A DNA stretch of 32,000 nucleotides from Candidatus Heimdallarchaeota archaeon (GTDB lineage Archaea > Asgardarchaeota > Heimdallarchaeia > JABLTI01), in assembly GCA_030614005.1 (NCBI GenBank), contig JAUWKS010000025.1, positions 12,275-44,274 on the forward strand, written 5' to 3'. Below are positions 1-9,189 of this stretch, piece after piece. The translations under genes and the position numbers were made by a program. The first letter of the stretch is position 1, and each line of letters starts with the position of its first letter. The notes beneath the pieces were generated by a model that saw only the letters and a program-made list of their open reading frames with translations, was not told the DNA's origin and did not search any database.

Positions 1-190
1 AAAAAATTGAATTAATCTTTTCCAATATTCATTTCAAAAGAGCTTTTTCGTTTTTAACATTTGATAATAATCAAACCATTTTTCATTAATTATAATTCAA
101 TGATTTCAAAACAAATTGCACTGGTTATTGCTGCAATTTCACCAAGATAATCAATAATTGCCAACAGTAGTTTGCTCTATGTAAATTGGA

Positions 191-697
191 TTATTCATCA
201 AAGACATCATTGTGTTTCAAAAACTTTTCATATGTTTTGTCAAGTGCTTCAGAAATAACGCGAGTGTCTGTGAGAATAGGCATAAAATTAGTATCACCAG
301 ACCATCTTGGAACAACATGAATATGAACATGTGTTTTTAGTCCTGCTCCTGAAACTTTTCCTAAATTTATTCCAATATTGAATCCTTCTGGTTTGATTGA
401 TTCTTTAAGTACCTTTACTGATTTTGCCATTAGCTGCCACATTTCTTGATAGGTAGTTGAAGGTATCGATTCAATTTCAGCTGTATGTTGTTTAGGTGCA
501 ACCATTAAGTGCCCTGCAATGTAGGGGTACTTATTTAGCATAACAATTGCATTATCTCCTCTAAAGAGAATGAGGTTTTTTTTATCTTCATCTTCTTTGA
601 GAATGTCACAGATAAAACAGCTATCATCTGATTTTTCTTCTTGAATATATTCAATTCTCCAAGGGGCCCAAATTTTTCGCACGAGTATCACATTCAC
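191..697 (-). CDS. HIT-family nucleotide hydrolase (FHIT/Ap4A hydrolase-like)
   Basis: Histidine triad HVHIHVVPRW, N-terminal WAPWR..YI and C-x2-C (CFIC), LNKYPY..GHLMVAP, GFNIGINLG..SGAG. The true start may be the GTG at 682. Confidence 0.93.
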   Translation of the reverse strand: MNVILVRKIWAPWRIEYIQEEKSDDSCFICDILKEDEDKKNLILFRGDNAIVMLNKYPYIAGHLMVAPKQHTAEIESIPSTTYQEMWQLMAKSVKVLKESIKPEGFNIGINLGKVSGAGLKTHVHIHVVPRWSGDTNFMPILTDTRVISEALDKTYEKFLKHNDVFDE

Positions 698-750
698 TAA
701 ACTTGTCTATCCTTCTAGCGAGCTTTATCCATTTCTTTCAAAAGTTATTT

Positions 751-1008
751 TTAATCAGGTTCAAGTGGGATTAATTTTACTAAAATAAAATAAACAATGA
801 TCATTAGTCCACCTGTCAAAATAATCGAAAGTAAAAAGAGCAATCTAAGTATTGTTGAGTTCATATCCCAATATAGTGCTAAACCACCAAGAACTCCTTG
901 AAATAAATAATCGTCATTGGATCTAAAAAGAAGTCGAATATCATCATATTCTTCCTCCTTCTTCTCCTCCTCCATTTCTTTCTCAAAAGGCATCTTTTTT
1001 TCGGTCAT
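751..1008 (-). CDS. PspC-domain small membrane protein
   Basis: RSNDDYLFQGVLGGLALYWDMNSTILRLLF...G.G...YFIL..LIP matches the PspC pattern (RS..D..I.GV.GGLA.YF..D...VRLLF); acidic N-terminal extension. Confidence 0.85.
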   Translation of the reverse strand: MTEKKMPFEKEMEEEKKEEEYDDIRLLFRSNDDYLFQGVLGGLALYWDMNSTILRLLFLLSIILTGGLMIIVYFILVKLIPLEPD

Positions 1009-1059
1009 TTCATTTTCACCAATGGAATGTTTATTTTTTTTATTTTTCGTTTGTAATTA

Positions 1060-1776
1060 TCAAACAGCTCTTTTCTTATTCCCACTATATTCTTTAATAT
1101 TTTTCATAGCATAAGGAAGATCCTCAAGTCTTTCTATATATGTCAAAATAATTTGTGGAAAGAAATTCGCTTCAATAAATCTTATACCCATTCGCTCAGT
1201 CCAGGCTTTAATTCCTTTATCTGCAGAAACAACACCTGCTCCAAGTTCTTTTGCAAGAATAAGAGTGTCAATATCCGGCAATGAATCAAGAACTCCCCTC
1301 CTCATTCTTTGCCGATATTTATCTTCATACGTTCGTGCAATATTTTTTTCTAAATCTTTTGGGTTTTGACCATCTTTTTTGAGAAGATTCTCTTCAGTTC
1401 TTTTGATTCCTTCTTTTATTGCTCGACGTACGATATCCATTCCTTGATCAAGTCTATCACGAACATCTGAAACATACTCATAAATTACTTGAGATGAAAG
1501 AAGAACTGAATATCTGTCTGGAGACTTTCGAACTACCCAAGCTTCAACTTGATCAATATCACGAACGGTACATTTGTTTTCTAGTAAGAAAGTTTTCAAT
1601 TCATTAAATGTGCTTGGGGGCATGTAGCAGGAGATATTTAACCGTAATCGTCCAATACTGATTAATTCTGTAAGCTGGTTTACAGCATCAGCGACTGAAC
1701 CACCAAATTGACTTACCAATTTTGCATCAGTAAAAGCAGTTGTATCCAAAACAAATCGTTGACGGGGAAATGACAT
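1060..1776 (-). CDS. HARP, RNA-free (protein-only) ribonuclease P, PIN-like domain
   Basis: RFVLDTTAFTD, CYMPPS, KSPDRY, KYRQRMRRGVLDSLPDIDTLILAKELGAGVVSADKG. The four acidic residues of the LD...D.D...SAD catalytic pattern of Aquifex aq_880 homologues are present. GGAG RBS upstream. Confidence 0.9.
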   Translation of the reverse strand: MSFPRQRFVLDTTAFTDAKLVSQFGGSVADAVNQLTELISIGRLRLNISCYMPPSTFNELKTFLLENKCTVRDIDQVEAWVVRKSPDRYSVLLSSQVIYEYVSDVRDRLDQGMDIVRRAIKEGIKRTEENLLKKDGQNPKDLEKNIARTYEDKYRQRMRRGVLDSLPDIDTLILAKELGAGVVSADKGIKAWTERMGIRFIEANFFPQIILTYIERLEDLPYAMKNIKEYSGNKKRAV

Positions 1777-1909
1777 CTTTATTTCTCCAAGCCTCTTTGA
1801 GAATTCTTATGCAACAATACAAATTTTTTGTTATAAGAATTTATGGTTTGTCGGTTATATTATACAAACAATAAATATATCTAGCAAAAGAATAAAAATT
1901 CATTAGAAT

Positions 1910-3466
1910 GTGTTTCAGATGAATAAAAGCGACTCCCAAAAAGGATTATCTAAACCAAATTACCGAATTGGTATTGTATCATTTACAGATCCAAGAGTTG
2001 ATGTTAAGTTAGTAGATGAACGAGAAGAGTATATCGAACAATGCCATTTGTCTTTGGTCTCTGCCTTAGAGAAAAAAGGGTTTGAAATTTCCAATCCACA
2101 AATCGATTCACAGGGAACCAGAAGTGGGAAAATTTTCGGAATAAACTCACTTTCACAAATAAATGATTTGAAACTATTATTAATTAAAGAAAAGATAAGT
2201 GCTTTACTTCTTTGTTGCTTTGCTTGGAATGAACCAAATGTTCCATTGGAATTAGCAAAGGTCTTAGATGTTCCTATTGGATTGGTGACAATAAATAATC
2301 CACTTTGGCCAGGAATAACTGCATTAACATCAACAGGGGCTACATTTTGGGAATCATCCTTTAATTACTACATAAAACACCATGCAAGATTTTTGTTGCC
2401 TATTAGTGGTTCAGTTGAAGCAATGGTTCCATGGTTAAAAGCATCTTGCGCAGTAAATCATCTAAAAAATGGAAAATTGTTACTTTGGGGTGGAACACCC
2501 GCTTTAAATATGGAACACCTGAATGATGATATTCCTTATCTCAAACGTTTCATTATTGGTGATATAGAAACACAAGATCAATATATGCTTGTAAAGCAAG
2601 GAACTGAAATCCTTCAGAAAAGCAGCAGTAGAATTAGTGAATTTAAAGATTGGTTGACAAAAAATGGTTGCGCAATTACTTTCGATAATAAAATGGTAAG
2701 TGAAGAAATTTTCCACAAGCAAATTGCACTCTATTTAGCAGCTAAGGATATTATTAGCAATTATCATTTGAAAGGAGAGAGGATAATTGGAGTATCAATA
2801 AAATGTCAACCGGAATTAAGTGTTGAATATGGAATTACTCCTTGTCTACTACCTGCCTTTTTACCTTTCCCGGAAGATCATTCAGGAGAGAAACCAATCA
2901 TACCGACTGTATGTGAAGGTGACATCAAAGGATTATTGACTTCAGCAATTCTTTTCAGTTTGAATAGTACTGTCCCACCACTCTTTGGTGATTTAAAAGC
3001 CATTACTGATAATTATTTCATTATCGCAAATTGTGGAGCAGCAAGTGCATATTATGCTGGATTGTCTAATACTCCGAAAAAAACTTTGCCAAAAAGTACT
3101 ATTCAACCACAATGTCAAGGAGTTGCAGGAGGCGCTTTTGGTTTTCATTCACCAGCATCTCAGAAGGAAGTAACATTTGCTAGGCTTTGTAGAATTGATG
3201 GAAATTATATATTGCAATTTGGCATTGGAAAAATAGTTTCAATACAAGAAAAGAAAGAAATCGCTTGGGGAACTACTTGGCCTCATACAGCAATTCAATT
3301 GAAAGTTGCTCCAGAGCTATTCATTAAAGCTGTAGGAACCAATCATCTATCGTTGACAATGGGTAACTATCAGAATGAATTATCTAAGGTTGGAAAATTG
3401 CTAAAAGTACCAGTTGTTAGATTGGATTCAGAGGATTCAATTAGAAACTTTCTAGACATTTACTAA
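1910..3466 (+). CDS. L-fucose/L-arabinose isomerase family protein
   Basis: GIVSFTDPR, KCQPELS, CEGD, FGDL, NCGA, WPH, TNH; the E/D/H metal-ligand pattern of the FucI family appears intact. Alternative ATG at 1919. Confidence 0.8.
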   Translation: MFQMNKSDSQKGLSKPNYRIGIVSFTDPRVDVKLVDEREEYIEQCHLSLVSALEKKGFEISNPQIDSQGTRSGKIFGINSLSQINDLKLLLIKEKISALLLCCFAWNEPNVPLELAKVLDVPIGLVTINNPLWPGITALTSTGATFWESSFNYYIKHHARFLLPISGSVEAMVPWLKASCAVNHLKNGKLLLWGGTPALNMEHLNDDIPYLKRFIIGDIETQDQYMLVKQGTEILQKSSSRISEFKDWLTKNGCAITFDNKMVSEEIFHKQIALYLAAKDIISNYHLKGERIIGVSIKCQPELSVEYGITPCLLPAFLPFPEDHSGEKPIIPTVCEGDIKGLLTSAILFSLNSTVPPLFGDLKAITDNYFIIANCGAASAYYAGLSNTPKKTLPKSTIQPQCQGVAGGAFGFHSPASQKEVTFARLCRIDGNYILQFGIGKIVSIQEKKEIAWGTTWPHTAIQLKVAPELFIKAVGTNHLSLTMGNYQNELSKVGKLLKVPVVRLDSEDSIRNFLDIY

Positions 3467-3543
3467 AATAACAACACAGAAATGAAAACAGAAAAATAAA
3501 AAAAGAAAAATAAATAAGGGAATGAATAGAGGGGTGAGAATAA

Positions 3544-3690
3544 TTATCTCTGTTCCCACAATTCATCTCTTAAAAGATCACGTATAGCGATTCTAATAAT
3601 TTCGCTACGATTTGCGTATCGTTTTGCTCGAACTAATTCGTCGAGTCCTTCCAAAAATCCATCGGGTACATGTACTGTTAATAGTCTCAT
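3544..3690 (-). CDS. Ribbon-helix-helix (CopG/MetJ/Arc) transcription regulator, CdrS-like; 48 aa, not in ORF track
   Basis: Hand translation MRLLTVHVPDGFLEGLDELVRAKRYANRSEIIRIAIRDLL RDELWEQR*: beta-strand plus two helices with the NRSE.IR.AIR.LL signature; strong RBS GAGGTGA at 3701..3707 (minus strand). Confidence 0.92.
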   Translation of the reverse strand: MRLLTVHVPDGFLEGLDELVRAKRYANRSEIIRIAIRDLLRDELWEQR

Positions 3691-3726
3691 CAAACCTTGT
3701 TCACCTCGGCCAAACACATCCCGACA

Positions 3727-3787
3727 CTAATGCGGCACCTCGAATGTGCATTAGCCAAAGGATATATTCGCAGATATCCTTCAGCTA
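3727..3787 (-). promoter_or_regulatory. Structured 5' leader (two overlapping hairpins) of the RHH gene
   Basis: Minus strand: UAGCUGAAGGAUAU-cugcgaau-AUAUCCUUUGGCUA (14 bp, two G-U pairs, 3752..3787), overlapping by 3 nt with CUAAUGC-N14-GCAUUAG (3727..3754). Confidence 0.45.
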
Positions 3788-3913
3788 TTACGCTATTTAA
3801 GAAGGGGTAATTCATTCTTATTACCACAATATTACGCTCGTATGTATGTCTGTAATATAAATACACTAAAAAGAAGTGGAAAATAAGACCAAAACTAATA
3901 GAAGATTATCTTT

Positions 3914-4660
3914 TTAACTCATTTTTTGCAATTCTTCTAATTTTTTATCTTTAAAAGAGTGCCAAATAGCTAAACTTTCTTGACATTCTTTCTCAAAATC
4001 CAAAGTAGAAAATTCTTCAGTGACTGCTTTAATTCTGTCTGTAATCTGTTTATTGAATGAGACAATGGCTCGAGTTATTTTCTCTCTTTGATCTAAAGCT
4101 TCTTCTTGGATTCCGTGAGTAAACATTTCCTCTATTCTTTGAACAGAATCGCCAATACTTATTTGAGATTCTTCTAAAAAGTCTACTAAGTCTTTCTTTC
4201 TTTCTTCAAGCAGTTCTTTTTCTTTATTTTCTATTTGAGTTATATCCTCTCCTTTGGAGGACATTTTTGCACGTCTTGCAAGCAGATTTCTTACACGTTC
4301 TCGTTCTTCTAAAGCTTCTTGATGTTCAGGATCGAGTTCCAAAATATCTTCATAGGTGAATAATGCTAAATCGAATTTTTTGAGTATTTTTAGAGCTCGA
4401 GCTTTATTGACTAATGTTTGAGACGAATCTGGGCTAATGCTTAATGCTTTATTATAACAATTTATGGCTTCTTCCGTCTTGCCTAATTTCCTTAAGGCAA
4501 CACCCTTATTATTCCAAGCTATAGTATTTTTTGGATCAAGCTTTAATGCTTGTGAGAAAAGTTCCAATGCTTTGTTATTCTTGTTCTTACTTAAAGCATC
4601 TAAACCATTTTGAATTAATTTTTCAGCATTATCCATTTCACATTCTTCCATTAAATTCAC
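3914..4660 (-). CDS. TPR-repeat protein with C-terminal helical/coiled-coil region
   Basis: About three TPR units (ALELFSQALKLDP..TIAWNNKGVAL..LG..EEAINCYNKALSISP; TLVNKARAL...ALFTYEDILELDP) followed by an E/K-rich helical tail. Confidence 0.88.
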   Translation of the reverse strand: MNLMEECEMDNAEKLIQNGLDALSKNKNNKALELFSQALKLDPKNTIAWNNKGVALRKLGKTEEAINCYNKALSISPDSSQTLVNKARALKILKKFDLALFTYEDILELDPEHQEALEERERVRNLLARRAKMSSKGEDITQIENKEKELLEERKKDLVDFLEESQISIGDSVQRIEEMFTHGIQEEALDQREKITRAIVSFNKQITDRIKAVTEEFSTLDFEKECQESLAIWHSFKDKKLEELQKMS

Positions 4661-4765
4661 TTTAGAACAACATGTGACAAATTGTTGAAATCCAAAGTAT
4701 AATTCTATAAAAAAAGTAGTCAGACATTTACTTAAAACTTTCTCATTAAAACTGAAAAATAATAC

Positions 4766-5584
4766 TTAGTGATATTTTGCTAAACGAATCCACTCTTTTT
4801 CAAGAGAATTTTCGACTAAATCTGATATTTTTTCAAAGGTACTCGTGATTTTTTGAGAACAACCATCTTTCATTTCATCAGTTTTTGCAATCGCTCTACC
4901 TGCTATAAAGAAATTTGTTTGACTAACTCGTTTGATCATCCAAGCTTCTAAATTTGCATTATCTTCATCTTCTCCTGAATAACCATTTAGAGGAGTTTTT
5001 CCTTCTGCAATCCAACTCATTTCTAAAGGAATTTTGGAAATTACATCCAAAAATTGTTTCATAATTGATGGATTAATAGGGCGTCTCCATACTTGGATAA
5101 TTCCATTTGTAATGCTAGAAAGAAACATTAAATCAAAACTGATAGGTGAATTTACTATTATTTCTTCAATATCATTTTTGATGTTTTTCAAAATACTTAC
5201 AGGAAAATATTCGGTTTCTATAAGAGTGGTAATTTCTTTCGTAATTGAACTGCGAATAGACTCCATAGAGAGATTGGTTTCCATTAATTCGTCATGATAA
5301 ATGTCAATTATTTCTTTAAGAGTTAGCCGCGCAAAGGGTTCATTGTCAAATAAATCTTGAAAAACAGCGTATGTCAAGTGGTCTCGAGAGATAAGTGAAA
5401 ATCGATTATCACCTAAATCAGCTCCTTTAAATTCAACAGATTGCTCTCCTAAACATTGAGCGAAAGCACTTAATGCTGAAATAAATCCAGTCAATAAATC
5501 AGTTTCAAGTAATACCAACCCATCATCGAAAAGAATTTGTCCTACAGTTGTTCTTTGGTCTATTACTATTATCTTATGTATCAC
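4766..5584 (-). CDS. Longin-like domain protein (Asgard-type), possible second longin/roadblock-like domain
   Basis: N-terminal beta-beta-alpha-beta3-alpha pattern with the helix DLLTGFISALSAFAQ, strands GADLG / RFSLISR / LTYAVFQD, then the helix EPFARLTLKEIIDIY. Fold call is by pattern recognition. Confidence 0.6.
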   Translation of the reverse strand: MIHKIIVIDQRTTVGQILFDDGLVLLETDLLTGFISALSAFAQCLGEQSVEFKGADLGDNRFSLISRDHLTYAVFQDLFDNEPFARLTLKEIIDIYHDELMETNLSMESIRSSITKEITTLIETEYFPVSILKNIKNDIEEIIVNSPISFDLMFLSSITNGIIQVWRRPINPSIMKQFLDVISKIPLEMSWIAEGKTPLNGYSGEDEDNANLEAWMIKRVSQTNFFIAGRAIAKTDEMKDGCSQKITSTFEKISDLVENSLEKEWIRLAKYH

Positions 5585-5751
5585 TGATTATTGCCCATCC
5601 TCTTAATCATTCGTTAATAATTATCTCCGGAATGGATGAATTCTCTTTAAGAAGAAACTAAAGAGTATTGTTGTTGAAGAAATACTTTCTTCATTAAGGT
5701 GTCTTAGAAAGAAGGTGCTATTTATACTTTCGATTGCGGTAAGGATACCAG

Positions 5752-8700
5752 CTAATTATCATTCACGTTCTGTAAATGCTTTTCGAGTATTTTTTGGTTT
5801 TCGATTGAAATTAATTCTTCCTCTGAATCAGCTTGCTTAATCCAAAGTCGATATCTTATCTCAAGAAAAGTTGCTATTGAAAGTATAATTCCAATTGGTA
5901 TCAAAGTTACCAAAAGAATTTCTCTTAATTTATCTAATCTAATATTATCTCTGGGGTTATTTGGATCTGTTCCACTATTTATTTCTTCACGATCAGTAAA
6001 TCCATCTGAATCGCTATCTTCGCTTAGAGGATTTGTACCATAGATAAGAATTTCATCGCTATCACTTAAGGTGTCTTGATCTGTATCAAAAGCTACTGGA
6101 CTAGTTTTATATGTGTGCACTTCACGACCATCGACTAATCCATCTGAATCCGTATCCACATTGTTTGGATCAGAAAGGTAAAGATATTCATCCAAATTCG
6201 ATAAAAAGTCTGAATCTTTATCGATGAAGCTATCATCCACTAAAGGATTTAAACCATTGAGTATCTCCCACAAATCGGGCATTAAATCAGAGTCGGTATC
6301 ATTTGAATTTGGATTTGTATGGTAAATGTATGTTTCATCATAATCATAAATACCATCGAAATCTGTATCGATATAATTTGGATTGGTCAACCAAACTAAT
6401 ACTTCTTCCCCATCAGAAAGTAAATCACGGTCTGAGTCAATATCCAGAGGATTTGAGAAATAAATATTCATTTCATCACCATCTGACAACCCATCCCAAT
6501 CGGTATCACTCAAAAAAGGATTAGTAAAACTTGTTTTCATTTCATACCCATCTGATAATCCATCCAAATCACTATCAATAGTTGTAGGATTTGTTCTGTA
6601 GATTAATTCATCATAATCACCAAAACTGTCGGTGTCTGTATCATTTTGCTTCATTAACCAATTTAACTGAGGTTGTAAACCTCTTTTGTCTGCAACAATA
6701 ATCTGTAATTGTTTCGTGTAAGGATCAAATTGTGCTAATGGTTTAGAATCATATAGCGGATTTAGAAATAGTAATTCTTTTTTACCCCAATCCTCTTCAG
6801 CTGTTCTTTGTAATAATTGAACATAATCCTTAATATAGCTTGGATTTCCATCTTGCGAGAAATAATTTGAATGATATATAAGGCAAAGAGTATCATCAGG
6901 TAAGATAAAGAAATTGTGATAATCAATTATTTCATATGTGAGAATAGGTTCCTTTTGAACCCAATTTGCACTTGGTGAACTTTTCTCCCAAGTTCTGATA
7001 TCTGTTGCCCATTTTTGCGGGGAAATATAATATCTTCTCAAATAAGCTAAAGATATTTTTTTACTAGAATCAATTACCATCATTGGTTGCAATAAAACAT
7101 CATTATTTGTTGCGTCTATGGTTTCTATTTCTGACCACATACCTTCACTTGGAAGATATCTGTACTGAATTTTGAATACTCCAGGGTTTTCATTAGCGTT
7201 TAAATCATAATATGTTAAATGTATTTTACTTGTAGAATCAATAATCAAGTCAAAATCTACACTATAGTGAAAGTCATCATTTTCCTGTATGTTAATCGAT
7301 GTGAAATTTGCATCTGTTGTCTTCTTTGTTGTATACACAATTCTACTTGAAAATAGAGTTATTCTTTCGACCCATACTATGTGAATTGTATCTGTTGAAT
7401 CAATAATCACTTTTGGTTGAATTTGATTGGCATTACCTTCAGGTATTTTGATTAGTTCTGGAAAGCTCCAATTACTTTGTCCGTTCAATAGATATCGACA
7501 GAATATTCCATCATCTTTTGTATTATTATCCTTTGCAACAAAGAAACAAAAGAGATTTTCATTTGAATCCCTAACTAAACTTGGGCTGGTTGCTGTTTTC
7601 CACCAATTTGCACTTAAACTATCTTTGAAAATCCACTGCTTCTCGAATTCCTTTGTCATATAATATATTTGGTGTGTATCTACTCCACTATGTGTCCAAA
7701 CAAGATGAGCAGTTCCTTCTGAATCGATTATAAATGAAGGTTTACTACTAAATTTCATTGTATGATAGACATTTGTTGTAGATGTCCAATTACCATCTAG
7801 TAGGAACTTTCGAGAAATTAATTCATTTTTGCCGAGATAGTTTAGTAGACCAAAATCATTTTCAGAAAAGCTATTTCGAATAAAAATAGGATTAACTGAA
7901 TACAAATCATCAGTAATTTTAATAGAATCTCCCCAAGAATTGGTAACATTGTTCCTTTCACGGAAAAATAAATCAGATCTGGTATTTAGTTTTTCTTCAT
8001 AGATAATGAATAGATTTCCGTTAGTTTTATTTTCAACCATACCACCAAAATAGCCATCTTTTTCATTTTCAGTAATTAGAATTGGAGTATCACTTATTGT
8101 TTTGTTTGAGAAATATTCGAGAAAATATAAATTGTATGGTTTTTTCTCTGCTATTCCTATTATGAATGAGTTGTTAGTAATTTGACTTGAACTTATGACT
8201 ACTCTCTGTAATTTTGCTCCGAAGTTGAGAGATAGCTTCTCTACCCAAGTTTCCCCAGTGTTGTTCGAAGTTACAAGAAAGAGATTTGAATGATCTAATT
8301 CTACTGATGATTCATTTGTCCAAATCAATTGTAAGGATTCATCTGATTTTACAGTGATGCTTACTTGTTTTGGGTGTGAGGAACTAAATAACTCTTGAAT
8401 CATAGGTCCCTTACTAGTAGCTGAACCAGTAAAGGAAAAATAGTGAATTGTACTACTACTATTATAATTTTCATCAAAACTTTTCTCAGTTGCAATCCAA
8501 AAATAATGAATTGTTTTATTGTTTGTAATAGCTGATTCCAAGTTTGTTAATTTCAGTTTACTATCAAAATAAAGAATTTGTTCAGTACTCCAAGTATTAT
8601 TGTTCTCTTCTTTATTGAGGTAATACAAACGATACAGTTCTTGTTTCACAGCAATGAACGACAAATGAAGAGTATTGTTTTCGTCAATAATAATATTTAA

Positions 8701-9102
8701 CTTTGATATTTTTGCTTGTGTTTGAAGAATATGAGTTTCATTATTCCATTCTATGCTTGAATTATCTTTCGTCGATGAATAACTTAGTGCCATTACATTC
8801 GGTGAAAATTCTCTAACCCAAACACAATGATAGATGCCTGAATAATCTTGAGTGAGAACAAAACCTTCACGCTCAATGTCTGGAGAAGTTATTCGAATTG
8901 GAGTTCCCCAAGTATTATTTTCTAATATTTCATTAATTTCAAATTTAAGTTCCGGAGAGAGTGCATTATAACCCATTTGATTTTCAGGGTTTGAATTGAT
9001 TTCGTTTTCTTGAATTGAATAAAGCCCAAGAAAAGAATTAGCAAGTACAAATACAAGTAAGGGGAACACTACAAGTTTTAGTTGTTTTGCCAATCTATGC
9101 AT
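5752..9102 (-). CDS. Large membrane-anchored surface protein: probable tandem beta-propellers + 10 TSP3-like Ca-binding repeats + C-terminal TM
   Basis: Signal peptide/anchor; repeated P..(I/V).D..G..H.(V/L)W blades; D-x-D-x-D-G-L-x-D-x-x-E...T-N-P repeats; hydrophobic helix ILLVTLIPIGIILSIATFL near the C-terminus. Confidence 0.85.
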   Translation of the reverse strand: MHRLAKQLKLVVFPLLVFVLANSFLGLYSIQENEINSNPENQMGYNALSPELKFEINEILENNTWGTPIRITSPDIEREGFVLTQDYSGIYHCVWVREFSPNVMALSYSSTKDNSSIEWNNETHILQTQAKISKLNIIIDENNTLHLSFIAVKQELYRLYYLNKEENNNTWSTEQILYFDSKLKLTNLESAITNNKTIHYFWIATEKSFDENYNSSSTIHYFSFTGSATSKGPMIQELFSSSHPKQVSITVKSDESLQLIWTNESSVELDHSNLFLVTSNNTGETWVEKLSLNFGAKLQRVVISSSQITNNSFIIGIAEKKPYNLYFLEYFSNKTISDTPILITENEKDGYFGGMVENKTNGNLFIIYEEKLNTRSDLFFRERNNVTNSWGDSIKITDDLYSVNPIFIRNSFSENDFGLLNYLGKNELISRKFLLDGNWTSTTNVYHTMKFSSKPSFIIDSEGTAHLVWTHSGVDTHQIYYMTKEFEKQWIFKDSLSANWWKTATSPSLVRDSNENLFCFFVAKDNNTKDDGIFCRYLLNGQSNWSFPELIKIPEGNANQIQPKVIIDSTDTIHIVWVERITLFSSRIVYTTKKTTDANFTSINIQENDDFHYSVDFDLIIDSTSKIHLTYYDLNANENPGVFKIQYRYLPSEGMWSEIETIDATNNDVLLQPMMVIDSSKKISLAYLRRYYISPQKWATDIRTWEKSSPSANWVQKEPILTYEIIDYHNFFILPDDTLCLIYHSNYFSQDGNPSYIKDYVQLLQRTAEEDWGKKELLFLNPLYDSKPLAQFDPYTKQLQIIVADKRGLQPQLNWLMKQNDTDTDSFGDYDELIYRTNPTTIDSDLDGLSDGYEMKTSFTNPFLSDTDWDGLSDGDEMNIYFSNPLDIDSDRDLLSDGEEVLVWLTNPNYIDTDFDGIYDYDETYIYHTNPNSNDTDSDLMPDLWEILNGLNPLVDDSFIDKDSDFLSNLDEYLYLSDPNNVDTDSDGLVDGREVHTYKTSPVAFDTDQDTLSDSDEILIYGTNPLSEDSDSDGFTDREEINSGTDPNNPRDNIRLDKLREILLVTLIPIGIILSIATFLEIRYRLWIKQADSEEELISIENQKILEKHLQNVNDN
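5952..6642 (-). repeat. Protein-level tandem repeat: 10 thrombospondin type-3-like (DxDxDGLxDxxE) units of about 22-26 aa
   Basis: Units begin DTDTD, DSDLD, DTDWD, DSDRD, DTDFD, DTDSD, DKDSD, DTDSD, DTDQD, DSDSD; each is followed by E at a fixed offset and (T/S/L)-(N/D/S)-P. Confidence 0.9.
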
Positions 9103-9189
9103 TTACTTTCAATCATTACTTTCTCAATTCTCAATTATAATAATTTGTACTAATCTATCTATAATCAATAGTAGGCAAAAAATGTGGTA

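Noticed and set aside
113-139. AAATTGCA-N11-TGCAATTT inverted repeat downstream of the HIT gene
   Set aside because: Short, AT-rich, with a large loop; possibly a terminator but not supportable.
5643-5693. Two 7-bp hairpins (CTCTTTA/TAAAGAG, TGAAGAA/TTCTTCA) between the longin-like and propeller genes
   Set aside because: Weak AT-rich stems are expected by chance at this composition; at most they are terminator elements.
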